Below are positions 13,280-27,000 of a stretch of 64,000 bases of DNA, in pieces. This stretch comes from Macrostomum hystrix (taxonomy: Eukaryota > Animalia > Platyhelminthes). The notes beneath the pieces were generated by a model that worked only from the letters and a program-made list of their open reading frames with translations, was not told where the DNA came from and made no database searches. Location of the stretch: assembly GCA_950097015.1 (NCBI GenBank), contig CATNEN010000008.1, positions 4,340,001-4,404,000 on the forward strand, in the 5' to 3' direction. Made by a program: the position numbers and the translations under genes. The number at the start of each line of letters is the position of its first letter. Within the stretch, counting starts at the first letter, position 1.

Positions 13280-14514
13280 CAGGGGTAGGCAAACTTATTT
13301 GCCGGCGGGCCAAAGAGAGAACCTAAAATACGACAGCGGGCCGCATTGACTGTATAAATATGAGATAGGGGAGAGATGAGACACAGGAGAGATAAGACAC
13401 GGGAATGATGAGACACAGGAGAGATTAGACACGGGAGAGATTAGACACGGGAGAGATAAGACACGGGAGAGATTAGACACAGGAGAGATTAGACACGGGA
13501 GAGATGAGACACGGGAGAGATGAGACACAGGAGAGATGAGACACAGGAGAGATTAGACACGGGAGAGATGAGACACACGAGATATTAGACACGGGAGAGA
13601 TTAGACACGGGAGAGATTAGACACGGGAGAGATAAGACACGGGAGAGATGAGACACAGGAGAGATAAGACAGGGGAGAGATGAGACACGGGAGAGATTCG
13701 ACACGGGAGAGATGAGACACGGGAGAGATAAGACAGGGGAGAGATGAGACACAGGAGAGATAAGACACGGGAGAGATGAGACACAGGAGAGATTAGACAC
13801 AGGAGAGATGAGACACGGGAGAGATTAGACACGGGAGAGATTAGACACACGAGATATTAGACACGGGAGAGATTAGACACGGGAGAGATTAGACACGGGA
13901 GAGATAAGACACGGGAGAGATGAGACACAGGAGAGATAAGACAGGGGAGAGATGAGACACGGGAGAGATTCGACACGGGAGAGATGAGACACGGGAGAGA
14001 TAAGACAGGGGAGAGATGAGACACAGGAGAGATAAGACACGGGAGAGATGAGACACAGGAGAGATTAGACACAGGAGAGATGAGACACGGGAGAGATTAG
14101 ACACGGGAGAGATTAGACACGGGAGAGATGAGACACGGGAGAGATAAGACAGGGGAGAGATGAGACACAGGAGAGATAAGACAGGGGAGAGATGAGACAC
14201 AGGAGAGATTAGACACGGGAGAGATGAGACACGGGAGAGATAAGACAGGGGAGAGATGAGACACAGGAGAGATAAGACAGGGGAGAGATGAGACACAGGA
14301 GAGATTAGACACGGGAGAGATAAGACACGAGAGCGATGAGACACAGGATAGATTAGACACCAGAGCGATGAGACACAGGAGAGATTAGACACGGGAGAGA
14401 TGAGACACGAGAGAGATGAAACAGGACACTGTAGATGTCAGAAGGGGCAACGGGCCGGATTTGGAAGCTTCGAGGGCCGCATCTGGCCCGCGGGCCGGAG
14501 TTTGCCGACCCCGG
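13280..14514. mobile_element. Non-autonomous hAT DNA transposon (Charlie/MER58-like ends) with an internal minisatellite
   Basis: Left TIR CAGGGGTAGGCAAACT (13280-13295), right TIR AGTTTGCCGACCCCGG (14499-14514), 14/16 complementary. 8-bp TSD AGGTTGAT / AGGTAGAT (7/8). Subterminal GGGCCG and GGCCCGCGGGCC motifs. No transposase ORF. Confidence 0.85.
13372..14425. repeat. 16-17-bp minisatellite (GAGACACGGGAGAGAT)n inside the hAT element
   Basis: Direct tandem periodicity. Confidence 0.95.
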
Positions 14515-14599
14515 AGGTAGATGAAGGATGGAAATTAATTTGATGAGGGGTGGGATTGAAGTTGATGAGTTGTAGGATAAGGCATGATGAGGGGTGGGA

Positions 14600-17500
14600 T
14601 AACGGTTGATGAACTGGAGGATAGGATTAAGGCTGATGAGCTAGTGGATAGGATTAAGGCTGATGAGCTAGGGGATGGGATTAAGTTTGATGAGCTAGGG
14701 GATGGGATTAAGGCTGATGAGCTAGGGGATGGGATTAAGTTTGATGAGCTAGGGGATGGGATTAAGGTTGATGAGCTAGGGGATGGCATTAAGGTTGATG
14801 AGCTAGGGGATGGGATTAAGGTTGATGAGCTAGGGGATGGGATTAAGGTTGATGAGCTAGGGGATGGGATTAAGGCTGATGAGCTAGGGGATGGGATTAA
14901 GGATGATGAGCTAGGGGATGGGATTAAGGATGATGAGCTAGGGGATGGGATTAAGGATGATGAGCTAGGGGATGGGATTAAGGATGATGAGCTAGGGGAT
15001 GGGATTAAGGATGATGAGCTAGGGGATGGGATTAAGGATGATGAGCTAGGGGATGGGATTAAGGTTGATGAGCTAGGGGATGGGATTAAGGCTGATGAGC
15101 TAGGGGATGGGATTAAGGTTGATGAGCTAGGGGATGGGATTAAGGATGATGAGCTAAGGGATGGGATTAAGGATGATGAGCTAGGGGATGGGATTAAGTT
15201 TGATGAGCTAGGGGATGGGATTAAGGTTGATGAGCTAGGGGATGGGATTAAGGTTGATGAGCTAGGGGATGGGATTAAGGTTGATGAGCTAGGGGATGGG
15301 ATTAAGTTTGATGAGCTAGGGGATGGGATTAAGGCTGATGAGCTAGGGGATGGGATTAAGGCTGATGAGCTAGTGGATGGGATTAAGGCTGATGAGCTAG
15401 GGGATGGGATTAAGGCTGATGAGCTAGGGGATGGGATTAAGGATGATGAGCTAGGGGATGGGATTAAGTTTGATGAGCTAGGGGATGGGATTAAGGTTGA
15501 TGAGCTAGGGGATGGGATTAAGGATGATGAGCTAGGGGATGGGATTAAGGATGATGAGTTAGGGGATGGTATTAAGGCTGATGAGCTAGGGGATGGGATT
15601 AAGGATGATGAGCTAGGGGATGGGATTAAGGTTGATGAGCTAGGGGATGGGATTAAGGATGATGAGCTAGGGGATGGGATTAAGGATGATGAGTTAGGGG
15701 ATGGTATTAAGGCTGATGAGCTAGGGGATGGGATTAAGGCTGATGAGCTAGGGGATGGGATTAAGTTTGATGAGCTAGGGGATGGGATTAAGGATGATGA
15801 GCTAGGGGATGGGATTAAGGCTGATGAGCTAGGGGATGGGATTAAGGATGATGAGCTAGGGGATGGGATTAAGGATGATGAGCTAGGGGATGGGATTAAG
15901 GCTGATGAGCTAGGGGATGGGATTAAGTTTGATGAGCTAGGGGATGGGATTAAGGATGATGAGCTAGGGGATGGGATTAAGGTTGATGAGCTAAGGGATG
16001 GGATTAAGGTTGATGAGCTAAGGGATGGGATTAAGGTTGATGAGCTAAGGGATGGGATTAAGGCTGATGAGCTAGGGGATGGGATTAAGTTTGATGAGCT
16101 AGGGGATGGGATTAAGGATGATGAGCTAGGGGATGGGATTAAGGCTGATGAGCTAGGGGATGGGATTAAGGTTGATGAGCTAGGGGATGGGATTAAGGCT
16201 GATGAGCTAGGGGATGGGATTAAGGCTGATGAGCTAGGGGATGGGATTAAGTTTGATGAGCTAGGGGATGGGATTAAGGATGATGAGCTAGGGGATGGGA
16301 TTAAGGATGATGAGCTAGGGGATGGGATTAAGGCTGATGAGCTAGGGGATGGTATTAAGGTTGATGAGCTAGGGGATGGGATTAAGGTTGATGAGCTAGG
16401 GGATGGGATTAAGGCTGATGAGATAGGGGATGGGATTAAGGCTGATGAGCTAGGGGATGGGATTAAGGATGATGAGCTAGGGGATGGTATTAAGGTTGAT
16501 GAGCTAGGGGATGGGATTAAGGTTGATGAGCTAGGGGATGGGATTAAGGCTGATGAGCTAGGGGATGGGATTAAGGCTGATGAGCTAGGGGATGGGATTA
16601 AGTTTGATGAGCTAGGGGATGGGATTAAGGTTGATGAGCTAGGGGATGGGATTAAGGCTGATGAGATAGGGGATGGGATTAAGGCTGATGAGCTAGGGGA
16701 TGGGATTAAGGATGATGAGCTAGGGGATGGTATTAAGGTTGATGAGCTAGGGGATGGGATTAAGGTTGATGAGCTAGGGGATGGGATTAAGGATGATGAG
16801 CTAGGGGATGGGATTAAGGCTGATGAGCTAGGGATGGGATTAAGGATGATGAGCTAGGGGATGGGATTAAGGATGATGAGCTAGGGGATGGGATTAAGGA
16901 TGATGAGCTAAGGGATGGGATTAAGGATGATGAGCTAGGGGATGGGATTAAGGATGATGAGCTAGGGGATGGGATTAAGGCTGATGAGCTAGGGGATGGG
17001 ATTAAGGATGATGAGCTAGGGGATGGGATTAAGGATGATGAGCTAGGGGATGGGATTAAGGATGATGAGCTAGGGGATGGGATTAAGGTTGATGAGCTAG
17101 GGGATGGGATTAAGGCTGATGAGCTAGGGGATGGGATTAAGGCTGATGAGCTAGGGGATGGGATTAAGTTTGATGAGCTAGGGGATGGGATTAAGGATGA
17201 TGAGCTAGGGGATGGGATTAAGGATGATGAGCTAGGGGATGGGATTAAGGCTGATGAGCTAGGGGATGGTATTAAGGATGATGAGCTAGGGGATGGGATT
17301 AAGGTTGATGAGCTAGGGGATGGGATTAAGGCTGATGAGCTAGGGGATGGGATTAAGGCTGATGAGCTAGGGGATGGGATTAAGTTGATGAGCTAGGGGA
17401 TGGGATTAAGGTTGATGAGCTAGGGGATGGGATTAAGGATGATGAGCTAGGGGATGGGATTAAGGATGATGAGTTAGGGGATGGTATTAAGGCTGATGAG

Positions 17501-19685
17501 CTAGGGGATGGGATTAAGGCTGATGAGCTAGGGGATGGGATTAAGTTTGATGAGCTAGGGGATGGGATTAAGGATGATGAGCTAGGGGATGGGATTAAGG
17601 CTGATGAGCTAGGGGATGGGATTAAGGATGATGAGCTAGGGGATGGGATTAAGGATGATGAGCTAGGGGATGGGATTAAGGCTGATGAGCTAGGGGATGG
17701 GATTAAGTTTGATGAGCTAGGGGATGGGATTAAGGATGATGAGCTAGGGGATGGGATTAAGGTTGATGAGCTAAGGGATGGGATTAAGGTTGATGAGCTA
17801 AGGGATGGGATTAAGGTTGATGAGCTAAGGGATGGGATTAAGGCTGATGAGCTAGGGGATGGGATTAAGTTTGATGAGCTAGGGGATGGGATTAAGGATG
17901 ATGAGCTAGGGGATGGGATTAAGGCTGATGAGCTAGGGGATGGGATTAAGGTTGATGAGCTAGGGGATGGGATTAAGGCTGATGAGCTAGGGGATGGGAT
18001 TAAGGCTGATGAGCTAGGGGATGGGATTAAGTTTGATGAGCTAGGGGATGGGATTAAGGATGATGAGCTAGGGGATGGGATTAAGGATGATGAGCTAGGG
18101 GATGGGATTAAGGCTGATGAGCTAGGGGATGGTATTAAGGTTGATGAGCTAGGGGATGGGATTAAGGTTGATGAGCTAGGGGATGGGATTAAGGCTGATG
18201 AGATAGGGGATGGGATTAAGGCTGATGAGCTAGGGGATGGGATTAAGGATGATGAGCTAGGGGATGGTATTAAGGTTGATGAGCTAGGGGATGGGATTAA
18301 GGTTGATGAGCTAGGGGATGGGATTAAGGCTGATGAGCTAGGGGATGGGATTAAGGCTGATGAGCTAGGGGATGGGATTAAGTTTGATGAGCTAGGGGAT
18401 GGGATTAAGGTTGATGAGCTAGGGGATGGGATTAAGGCTGATGAGATAGGGGATGGGATTAAGGCTGATGAGCTAGGGGATGGGATTAAGGATGATGAGC
18501 TAGGGGATGGGATTAAGGCTGATGAGCTAGGGGATGGGATTAAGGATGATGAGCTAAGGGATGGGATTAAGGATGATGAGCTAGGGGATGGGATTAAGGA
18601 TGATGAGCTAGGGGATGGGATTAAGGTTGATGAGCTAGGGGATGGGATTAAGGCTGATGAGCTAGGGGATGGGATTAAGGCTGATGAGCTAGGGGATGGG
18701 ATTAAGTTTGATGAGCTAGGGGATGGGATTAAGGATGATGAGCTAGGGGATGGGATTAAGGATGATGAGCTAGGGGATGGGATTAAGGCTGATGAGCTAG
18801 GGGATGGTATTAAGTTTGATGAGCTAGGGGATGGGATTAAGGTTGATGAGCTAGGGGATGGGATTAAGGATGATGAGCTAGGGGATGGTATTAAGGTTGA
18901 TGAGCTAGGGGATGGGATTAAGGTTGATGAGCTAGGGGATGGGATTAAGGATGATGAGCTAGGGGATGGGATTAAGGCTGATGAGCTAGGGGATGGGATT
19001 AAGGATGATGAGCTAGGGGATGGGATTAAGGATGATGAGCTAGGGGATGGGATTAAGGATGATGAGCTAAGGGATGGGATTAAGGATGATGAGCTAGGGG
19101 ATGGGATTAAGGATGATGAGCTAGGGGATGGGATTAAGGATGATGAGCTAGGGGATGGGATTAAGGATGATGAGCTAGGGGATGGGATTAAGGATGATGA
19201 GCTAGGGGATGGGATTAAGGATGATGAGCTAGGGGATGGGATTAAGGATGATGAGCTAGGGGATGGGATTAAGGATGATGAGCTAGGGGATGGGATTAAG
19301 GTTGATGAGCTAGGGGATGGGATTAAGGATGATGAGCTAGGGGATAGGATTAAGGCTGATGAGCTAGGGGATGGGATTAAGGCTGATGAGCTAGGGGATG
19401 GGATTAAGGCTGATGAGCTAGGGGATGGGATTAAGGATGATGAGCTAGGGGATGGGATTAAGGCTGATGAGCTAGGGGATGGGATTAAGGTTGATGAGCT
19501 AGGGGATGGTATTAAGGTTGATGAGCTAGGGGATGGGATTAAGGATGATGAGCTAGGGGATGGGATTAAGGATGATGAGCTAGGGGATGGGATTAAGGAT
19601 GATGAGCTAGGGGATGGGATTAAGGCTGATGAGCTAGGGGATGGGATTAAGGTTGATGAGCTAGGGGATGGGATTGAGGCTGATG
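14600..19685. repeat. 27-bp G-rich satellite CTAGGGGATGGGATTAAG(GCT/GAT/GTT/TTT)GATGAG, about 188 copies
   Basis: Direct tandem periodicity, 9-aa periodic ORF. Confidence 0.97.
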
Positions 19686-21250
19686 ATGGCTAAGAGGGAT
19701 TAAATGAAAGATTAGAAAGATTAGAAGATCGAGTGAAGATTCTGTGGTGTCATTTGGTGTTTAGAATGAGATTTTAAAGAGTGGGATGACGCAATACTAG
19801 GATTAATTAAGAAGCAATAAAATATCCCACTTGTAAATAAGAAGTTTGCACTGACAAAAAACCGACCAGATATAAAAAACAAAGGATAAAGTAAAACGAG
19901 ATAGCAACAAGTTGTTTAGCATTTCATGACTTTGTCCTCTATATTTAGTTGCTTTCTGCTTTCATTCCTCTCTGGCAGTTTGGTATTCGCTTAAAAACGA
20001 TAATAACACGTATTTTGAGGAAACAGCTTTTGTTATAATATGCTTTAGTATTAAAAAACGGGTTGCGGTTATTAAACAAGCGCAGAAGCATTTCCAGCAG
20101 AAGACATGCAGTCAGACGGATAGCAGTTAAAAAAAGGACAACAACTCGATTTTAAAGGAACAACAACAACAGCAACAGCTAGGATAGTAATAATAATAAT
20201 AGTAATAACAATATAAACATAATAGTTTGAAACGAAAATATATCAGAATAGAGAAGAAGACGAAATAATAATGAACAATTAGTAGCAAGTGCGAACGGGA
20301 TAATGGACAGACAGTAACATTGGTACACTGGGCTTAAAGCATTCTCCAAAGTACATCCTCGCCTATGTACATTAATAATCATAATTCAATGTACAGTAAA
20401 GCGTGAGGTTGTGGCAGGAATTTCAGTTGAAGTTAATTAACACTGTGACAAGTACAGGTGAGTAGTATAGGAATACAGCTAAGTAGGTATCTGTAGGCTA
20501 TGCTAATACAGTAAACTGAAAATGCAAATTCCTATTTCTCGCTGTTTCTAAACTCTGCTTAACTGCCTAACATAAGCTTTAGCCTCCTAAAGAGAGATAT
20601 AAAACACAGAGTACAGGAAAATACTAGCTCTTCTTCAGGAGTGGGGGCAATACAAAGGCGATAGGCGTGAGCACACAGAGAGCGAGTTAAACAAAAATGT
20701 TATATACAATCTATGTACCACTGCTGATTACAAAATATCCTATCATCTTCCGATTCATAAGGAATAATACTATACCGGAAACACTAGGCCTCTGCGAGCG
20801 GAAGTAGATAATAATCTTAACTAGCCTACTCACAAGTAGTACGGACTGCAAATTAGGAAAAAATTGAAATAAAAACTGGTTGGCGCCATTTTAACTGACG
20901 GTAGAGAATAAGTTTAAATCACATAGGGACACTTTTAACATATTGTTCTTCATCTATATATGCACTTTAAAACTGTAAATACAAATTTACATACCTTAAA
21001 CTATTTGACAATAACTAATGAAAGTACAGAGACAGAATATAATGCACTAGGAACCTAACTGATCAATTGAAATGCTGATATATATACTCGTAAAGTAAAC
21101 AAAACAATTCATCTAGAATAAACACAAGAGCACAAGGAGCTTGCAAAATGATCAATGCGACGATGAGAGAATAAAAATACTACTACACATACTACTAGCA
21201 CTGTTGTAAGTAGTTCGAGATAAGCTTTGAGCAAACTATGAGCGAATCCG

Positions 21251-21710
21251 GTCATTGGCTGACTCACTGATTGGGTCATTGGCTGACTCACTGATTGGGT
21301 CATTGGCTGACTCACTGATTGGGTCATTGGCTGACTCACTGATTGGGTCATTGGCTGACTCACTGATTGGGTCATTGGCTGACTCACTGATTGGGTCACT
21401 GGCTGACTCACTGATTGGGTCACTGGCTGACTCACTGATTGGGTCACTGGCTGACTCACTGATTGGGTCATTGGCTGACACACTGATTGGGTCATTGGCT
21501 GACTCACTGATTGGGTCATTGGCTGACTCACTGATTGGGTCATTGGCTGGCTCACTGATTGGGTCATTGGCTGACACACTAATTAGGTCATTGGCTGACT
21601 CACTAATTAGGTCATTGGCTGACTCACTGATTGGGTCATTAATTGACTCACTGATTGGGTCATTGGCTGACTCACTGATTGGGTCATTGGCTGACTCACT
21701 GATTGAGTCA
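21251..21710. repeat. 24-bp minisatellite TTGGCTGACTCACTGATTGGGTCA, about 19 copies
   Basis: Direct tandem periodicity. Confidence 0.95.
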
Positions 21711-22647
21711 TGACAATTTGTACTTGAGTTATGGAGAAGTTATGCCTATAAAAGTGTTGAAACCATTACAACAGCACAGCAGAATGTACTTACCCGCCAA
21801 TGCAAGCTACAGATAAGTTATCTTTGGTACATTCTACATATTGCTAGTCGCTTATTTGTCACATATTGAACTCGTACAATTACAATCTGTAATATACAGC
21901 AACAATACAGAAAGAAGCTAGAAATATAATATGTAAACCTGACATTTAGCACTTAGATTTTATCATTGGACTACTTGTAACCTACTGTCATTGTTCACAC
22001 AAAAATAGGGATACAGTAGAAAAAGCGAATAAAAAATTGAACTAACAAAAAAATAGCCTGAAATTGTAGTTCCTAACCTTTTATATGTATGTAAAAACAT
22101 CTCATACAGCCTACTCATACAGTCTAGTAGGTAGATTAGTACTTGTACGCTACACAAATAGTGTAAAAAATATAAAATCCTACAATACAAAAATAGGCAA
22201 ACTGAGAGACACAATAAAAAGGCTGTTACAATTAACTACACTGAAGAGAAAGCCCTGAAGATAAATAAAAAGGAGAATTATTTAAGTAGATAGCAGAGGC
22301 GAAGTACAAACTGTAGCAGTTATAACAAATATTTACTTGCAGTGCGCTAATTAATGGTAAGAAATGCCCTAAAGATATGCCTTAAAAATACAGATAAATG
22401 GAATAACTTATTCATATCTCAGTACATTAAATAGTAATAGGCTTAACACCTTTGACAAATACCGATGTTTGACTACATTAAAGAATTTTTTAAACATAAG
22501 CGAAACACAGATTAATATTAACAACACAGATAATCGTATTAGTAGTAAAATGTAATAAATAAGAGATGCTAACTCATGCACACTTTTAATAAGTTTGGAA
22601 CATTCCAACATAATTTGTTGACTTCTTTAAAACCGAAAAAATTATGA

Positions 22648-23655
22648 TGGGGTCATTGGCTGACTCACTGATTGGGTCATTGGCTGACTCACTGATTGGG
22701 TCATTGGCTGACTCACTGATTGGGTCATTGGTTGACTCACTGATTGGGTCATTGGCTGACTCACTGATTGGGTCATTAGTTAACTCACTGATTGGGTCAT
22801 TGGCTGACTCACTGATTGGGTCATTAGTTAACTCACTGATTGGGTCATTGGCTGACTCACTGATTGGGTCATTGGTTGTCTAACTAATTAGGTCATTGGC
22901 TGACTCACTGATTGGGTCATTGGTTGACTCACTGATTGGGTCATTGGCTGACTCACTGATTGGGTCATTAGCTGACTCACTGATTGGGTCATTGGCTGAC
23001 TCACTGATTGGGTCATTGGTTGTCTAACTAATTAGGTCATTGGTTGACTCACTGATTGGGTCATTAGCTGACTCACTGATTGGGTCATTGGTTGACTCAC
23101 TAATTAGGTCATTGGCTGACTCACTGATTGGGTCATTGGTTGACTCACTGATTGGGTCATTGGCTGACTCACTGATTGGGTCATTAGCTGACTCACTGAT
23201 TGGGTCATTGGTTGACTCACTAATTAGGTCATTGGCTGACTCACTAATTAGGTCATTGGCTGACTCACTAACTAGGTCATTGGCTGACTCACTGATTGGG
23301 TCATCGGTTGACTAACTAATTGGGTCATTGGCTGACTCACGAATTGGGTCGTTAGTTGACTCACTATTGGGTCCTTGGTTGATTAACTAATTAGGTCATT
23401 GGCTGACTCACTGATTGGGTCATTGGTTGACTCACTAATTGGGTCGTTAGTTGACTCACTATTGGGTCATTGGCTGACTCACTAATTGGGTCATTGGCTG
23501 ACTCACTAGTTGGGTCATTGGCTGACTCACTAGTTGGGTCATTGGCTGACTCACTAGTTGGGTCATTGGTTGACTCACTAGTTGGGTCATTGGCTGACTC
23601 ACTAGTTGGGTCATTGGCTGACTCACAAATTAGGTCATTGGCTGACTCACTGATT
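22648..23655. repeat. Same 24-bp family, second array, about 42 copies
   Basis: Same unit as 21251-21710, more diverged. Confidence 0.95.
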
Positions 23656-23894
23656 GGCTTAAATGGTAGTCGATAATATTAGGAATCCAAAGTCTAAAAT
23701 AAAAACAAAAGCAAACGACAAAGTAATTAAAGCGATTAAATCTAGATAAAACCGGACACAAAGATTCACACAGAAAAATAAACTGAAAAAGAGCGACAGA
23801 TGGAGCCAACTAAAACGTAGCTAAAATCCACAAATGACAATAGAAAACAAAGTTTTTAACGGAACAGAGTCATGCCATAACTGTGCCGCACTCT

Positions 23895-24002
23895 TCAGAG
23901 TCCATACTGAGCATGCAGGCGCTCCTTGAGCAGTGGCGGACACTGCGCCCAGAATTTGGCCCAATTCTCTGGCCCCACGTTATCCTTGACAGCGAAGATG
24001 AT
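23895..24002 (-). CDS. TNPO1: Transportin exon 10, terminal ([35 protein letters not shown])
   Basis: Acceptor TTCACAG, stop TGA at 23897-23895. Matches the LKERL..YG C-terminus of transportins. Confidence 0.92.
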   Translation of the reverse strand: MIFAVKDNVGPENWAKFWAQCPPLLKERLHAQYGL

Positions 24003-27000
24003 CTGTGAATCAGGTAATTGTGGTACTTGACTGTATAGTACAATTTATACCAGTGTACATTGCTAACAACATAACCGCTTGACTCCACAGTAAGTGACTG
24101 CATTCTAGACTGCCTCATAGTTTGACCTAGTGTGACCACTAGCTGACTCACTATTTGACTCACTAGCTGACCTACTATTTGACTCACTAGCTGACCTACT
24201 ATTTGACTCACTAGCTGACCTACTATTTGACACACTAGCTGACCTACTATTTGACACACTAGCTGACCTACTATTTGACACACTAGCTGACCTACTATTT
24301 GACACACTAGCTGACCTACTATTTGACTCACTAGCTGACCTACTATTTGACTCACTAGCTGTCCTACTATTTGACTCACTAGCTGACCTACTATTTGACA
24401 CACTAGCTGACCTACTATTTGACTCACTAGCTGACCTACTATTCGACACACTAGCTGACCTACTATTTGACACACTAGCTGACCTACTATTTGACTCACT
24501 AGCTGACCTACTATTTGACTCACTAGCTGACCTACTATTTGACACACTAGCTGACCTACTATTTGACTCACTAGCTGACCTACTATTTGACTCACTAGCT
24601 GACCTACTATTCGACACACTAGCTGACCTACTATTTGACACACTAGCTGACCTACTATTTGACGGGCTGACCTTCAAGTTGACCTACTGACTCTCTATGT
24701 ACACATAATGCACAACAGACCAAAAAGCCTACCTTGTGGAACATCTCTTTCAGATCCGGATGTGGCTCGCTCCAGGAAGCCACTGAATCGCAAAAGTAGA
24801 TGAACTCATTCACAACAACGTCCGGCTTAATGTTGATCAGGTTGCATATGCCGCGAAACGCGCTGTCCTTCTCTTCATTGTCGCGAATGTTGCGCAACGA
24901 TAGGCACCTGCAGTTTTTTGGTAGGGTGAATGGTGAATTTAAACATTGGGGAGCAAAAATAAGGCAGTACCCCATCTGCTATGTTCTTGATAACGATCAT
25001 TGGGATGTCAATTTTTCAAGGATCATACACAAATAAAACAATTAAGTGAAGTGTAAATTTTGGGCAACTAGGTCAGAGGGAATCCACGCAAAGGTCACGG
25101 GAAAATTTATCCAATCCACCCCAAGGTCACGGGGGGAATCCACCCACAGGTCACGGGAAAATTTATCCAATCCACCCCAAGGTCACGGGGGGAATCCACC
25201 CCCAAGGTCACGGGAAAATTTATCCAATCCACCCCAAGGTCACGGGGGGAATCCACCCCCAAGGTCACGGGAAAATTTATCCAATCCACCCCAAGGTCAC
25301 GGGGGAATTCATCCACAGATGACAGGAAAATCCACCTAATTCACCTCAAGGTCACGGGGAATCCACCCACCCAATAAACCCAAAGGTCACGGGGAATCCA
25401 ATAATGATAAGAATAACAATGGGAATTATATTAAAGCATCAAAAAGGTCCATGACAGGGATTCACAATGTCGAGGAGAATTCCTCTGGGAGCAAGCAGAT
25501 GGGCCTTAAACGTTTGAATATGTTCTAAACGGCAAATAGATAGCAGACTACTTAGCCGAGTTAATGCATGCAAAACCTACATAAATGTAGTACTAAATTA
25601 CTAAAGTGGCTTGATATGTTTTTACCTTAAGAAGAAGAGGAATTTTCTATTTAATTGCTACTAGCCTTTCTATTAGTCTGGCATTCATATTATAGCAAAC
25701 AGAGGTTATGCTAGTAATATAGTTCTTCGCCTATAGGGTTAGATTAGCAATCCACTTTTGGTAACCATCTGAGCGTTAGATGAGAAAACTTTAACCTAAC
25801 GCGATTTAGTATCCATAAGTATTATAATATAAGTTATAATATGTTTACCCTCATAGTTAAATATATAGATATGGATGTCAAGTGCAAATAAAACTATTAA
25901 TAATACTTAATAGTAATAGGCCCCAAAATAGTTATACTAATTGTGCATAAAATTACTAATAGCAGAACAGACAACAGCGAACAACGGCAAAGGTTGAGAA
26001 AATAACGGTTGAAAAAAATCAATCGACAGCAATTAAGTACCATTGTCTAAGGAATCTGGACATGAAGGGGGCCACCTCCATCGGGCAGACTAGGCCAAGC
26101 CGACCAATAGTGATGGCTACAATAGAGAGTTGAAATGCGAAATCTGTATGTATAGCCATATGTTAGTAAGTAATATAATTATATGCTAATGTAATCGCAT
26201 ACTGTCATTACGCTATTCAATTATGAGCAACTGTGCCTATATTTTATAGTACATAACAGGTAGATGTTCAATCAATACAGAGTTTTATAAAATCGCTTAC
26301 ATTGCTTACAATGCGTACAAGATATGTACAGTAGGCAAATTTTAATAAATCTTAAAAAATAAATAATCAAATATATATATTGGTAGAACATTATTGATAA
26401 TACCAAATTGTAAAAGTAAATTGTACGCATAATAATTTATAAGATAATAAAAAATAAATAGAAAGATGGTAACACTCGATATATAATGAACTTTTCCAGA
26501 AGATTTGAAAAATCTGTTGATAGAGATTTGAATTCCGCTACGCTGGGATTTCCGCAGATTGGGGATTCTGTCAAGTTGGGATTTCCACAGATTGGGGATT
26601 CCGTCAAGTTGGGATTTCCGCAGATTGGGGATTCCGTCAAGTTGGGATTTCCGCAGATTGGGAATTCCGTCAAGTTGGGATTTGCGCAGATTGGGAATTC
26701 CGTCAAGTTGGAATTTCCGCAGATTGGGAATTCCGTCAAGTTGGGATTTGCGCAGATTGGGAATTCCGTCAAGTTGGGATTTGCGCAGATTGGGAATTCT
26801 GTCAAGTTGGGATTTCCGCAGATTGGGAATTCCGTCAAGTTGGGATTTGCGCAGATTGGGAATTCTGTCAAGTTGGGATTTCCTCAGATTGGGGATTCCG
26901 TCAAGTTGGGATTTGCGCAGATTGGGAATTCCGTCAAGTTGGGATTTGCGCAGATTGGGAATTCCGTCAAGTTGGGATTTGCGCAGATTGGGAATTCTGT

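Noticed and set aside
14600-19685. Telomeric or interstitial telomere repeat
   Set aside because: There are no tandem TTAGGG hexamers. The unit is 27 bp with only telomere-like fragments.
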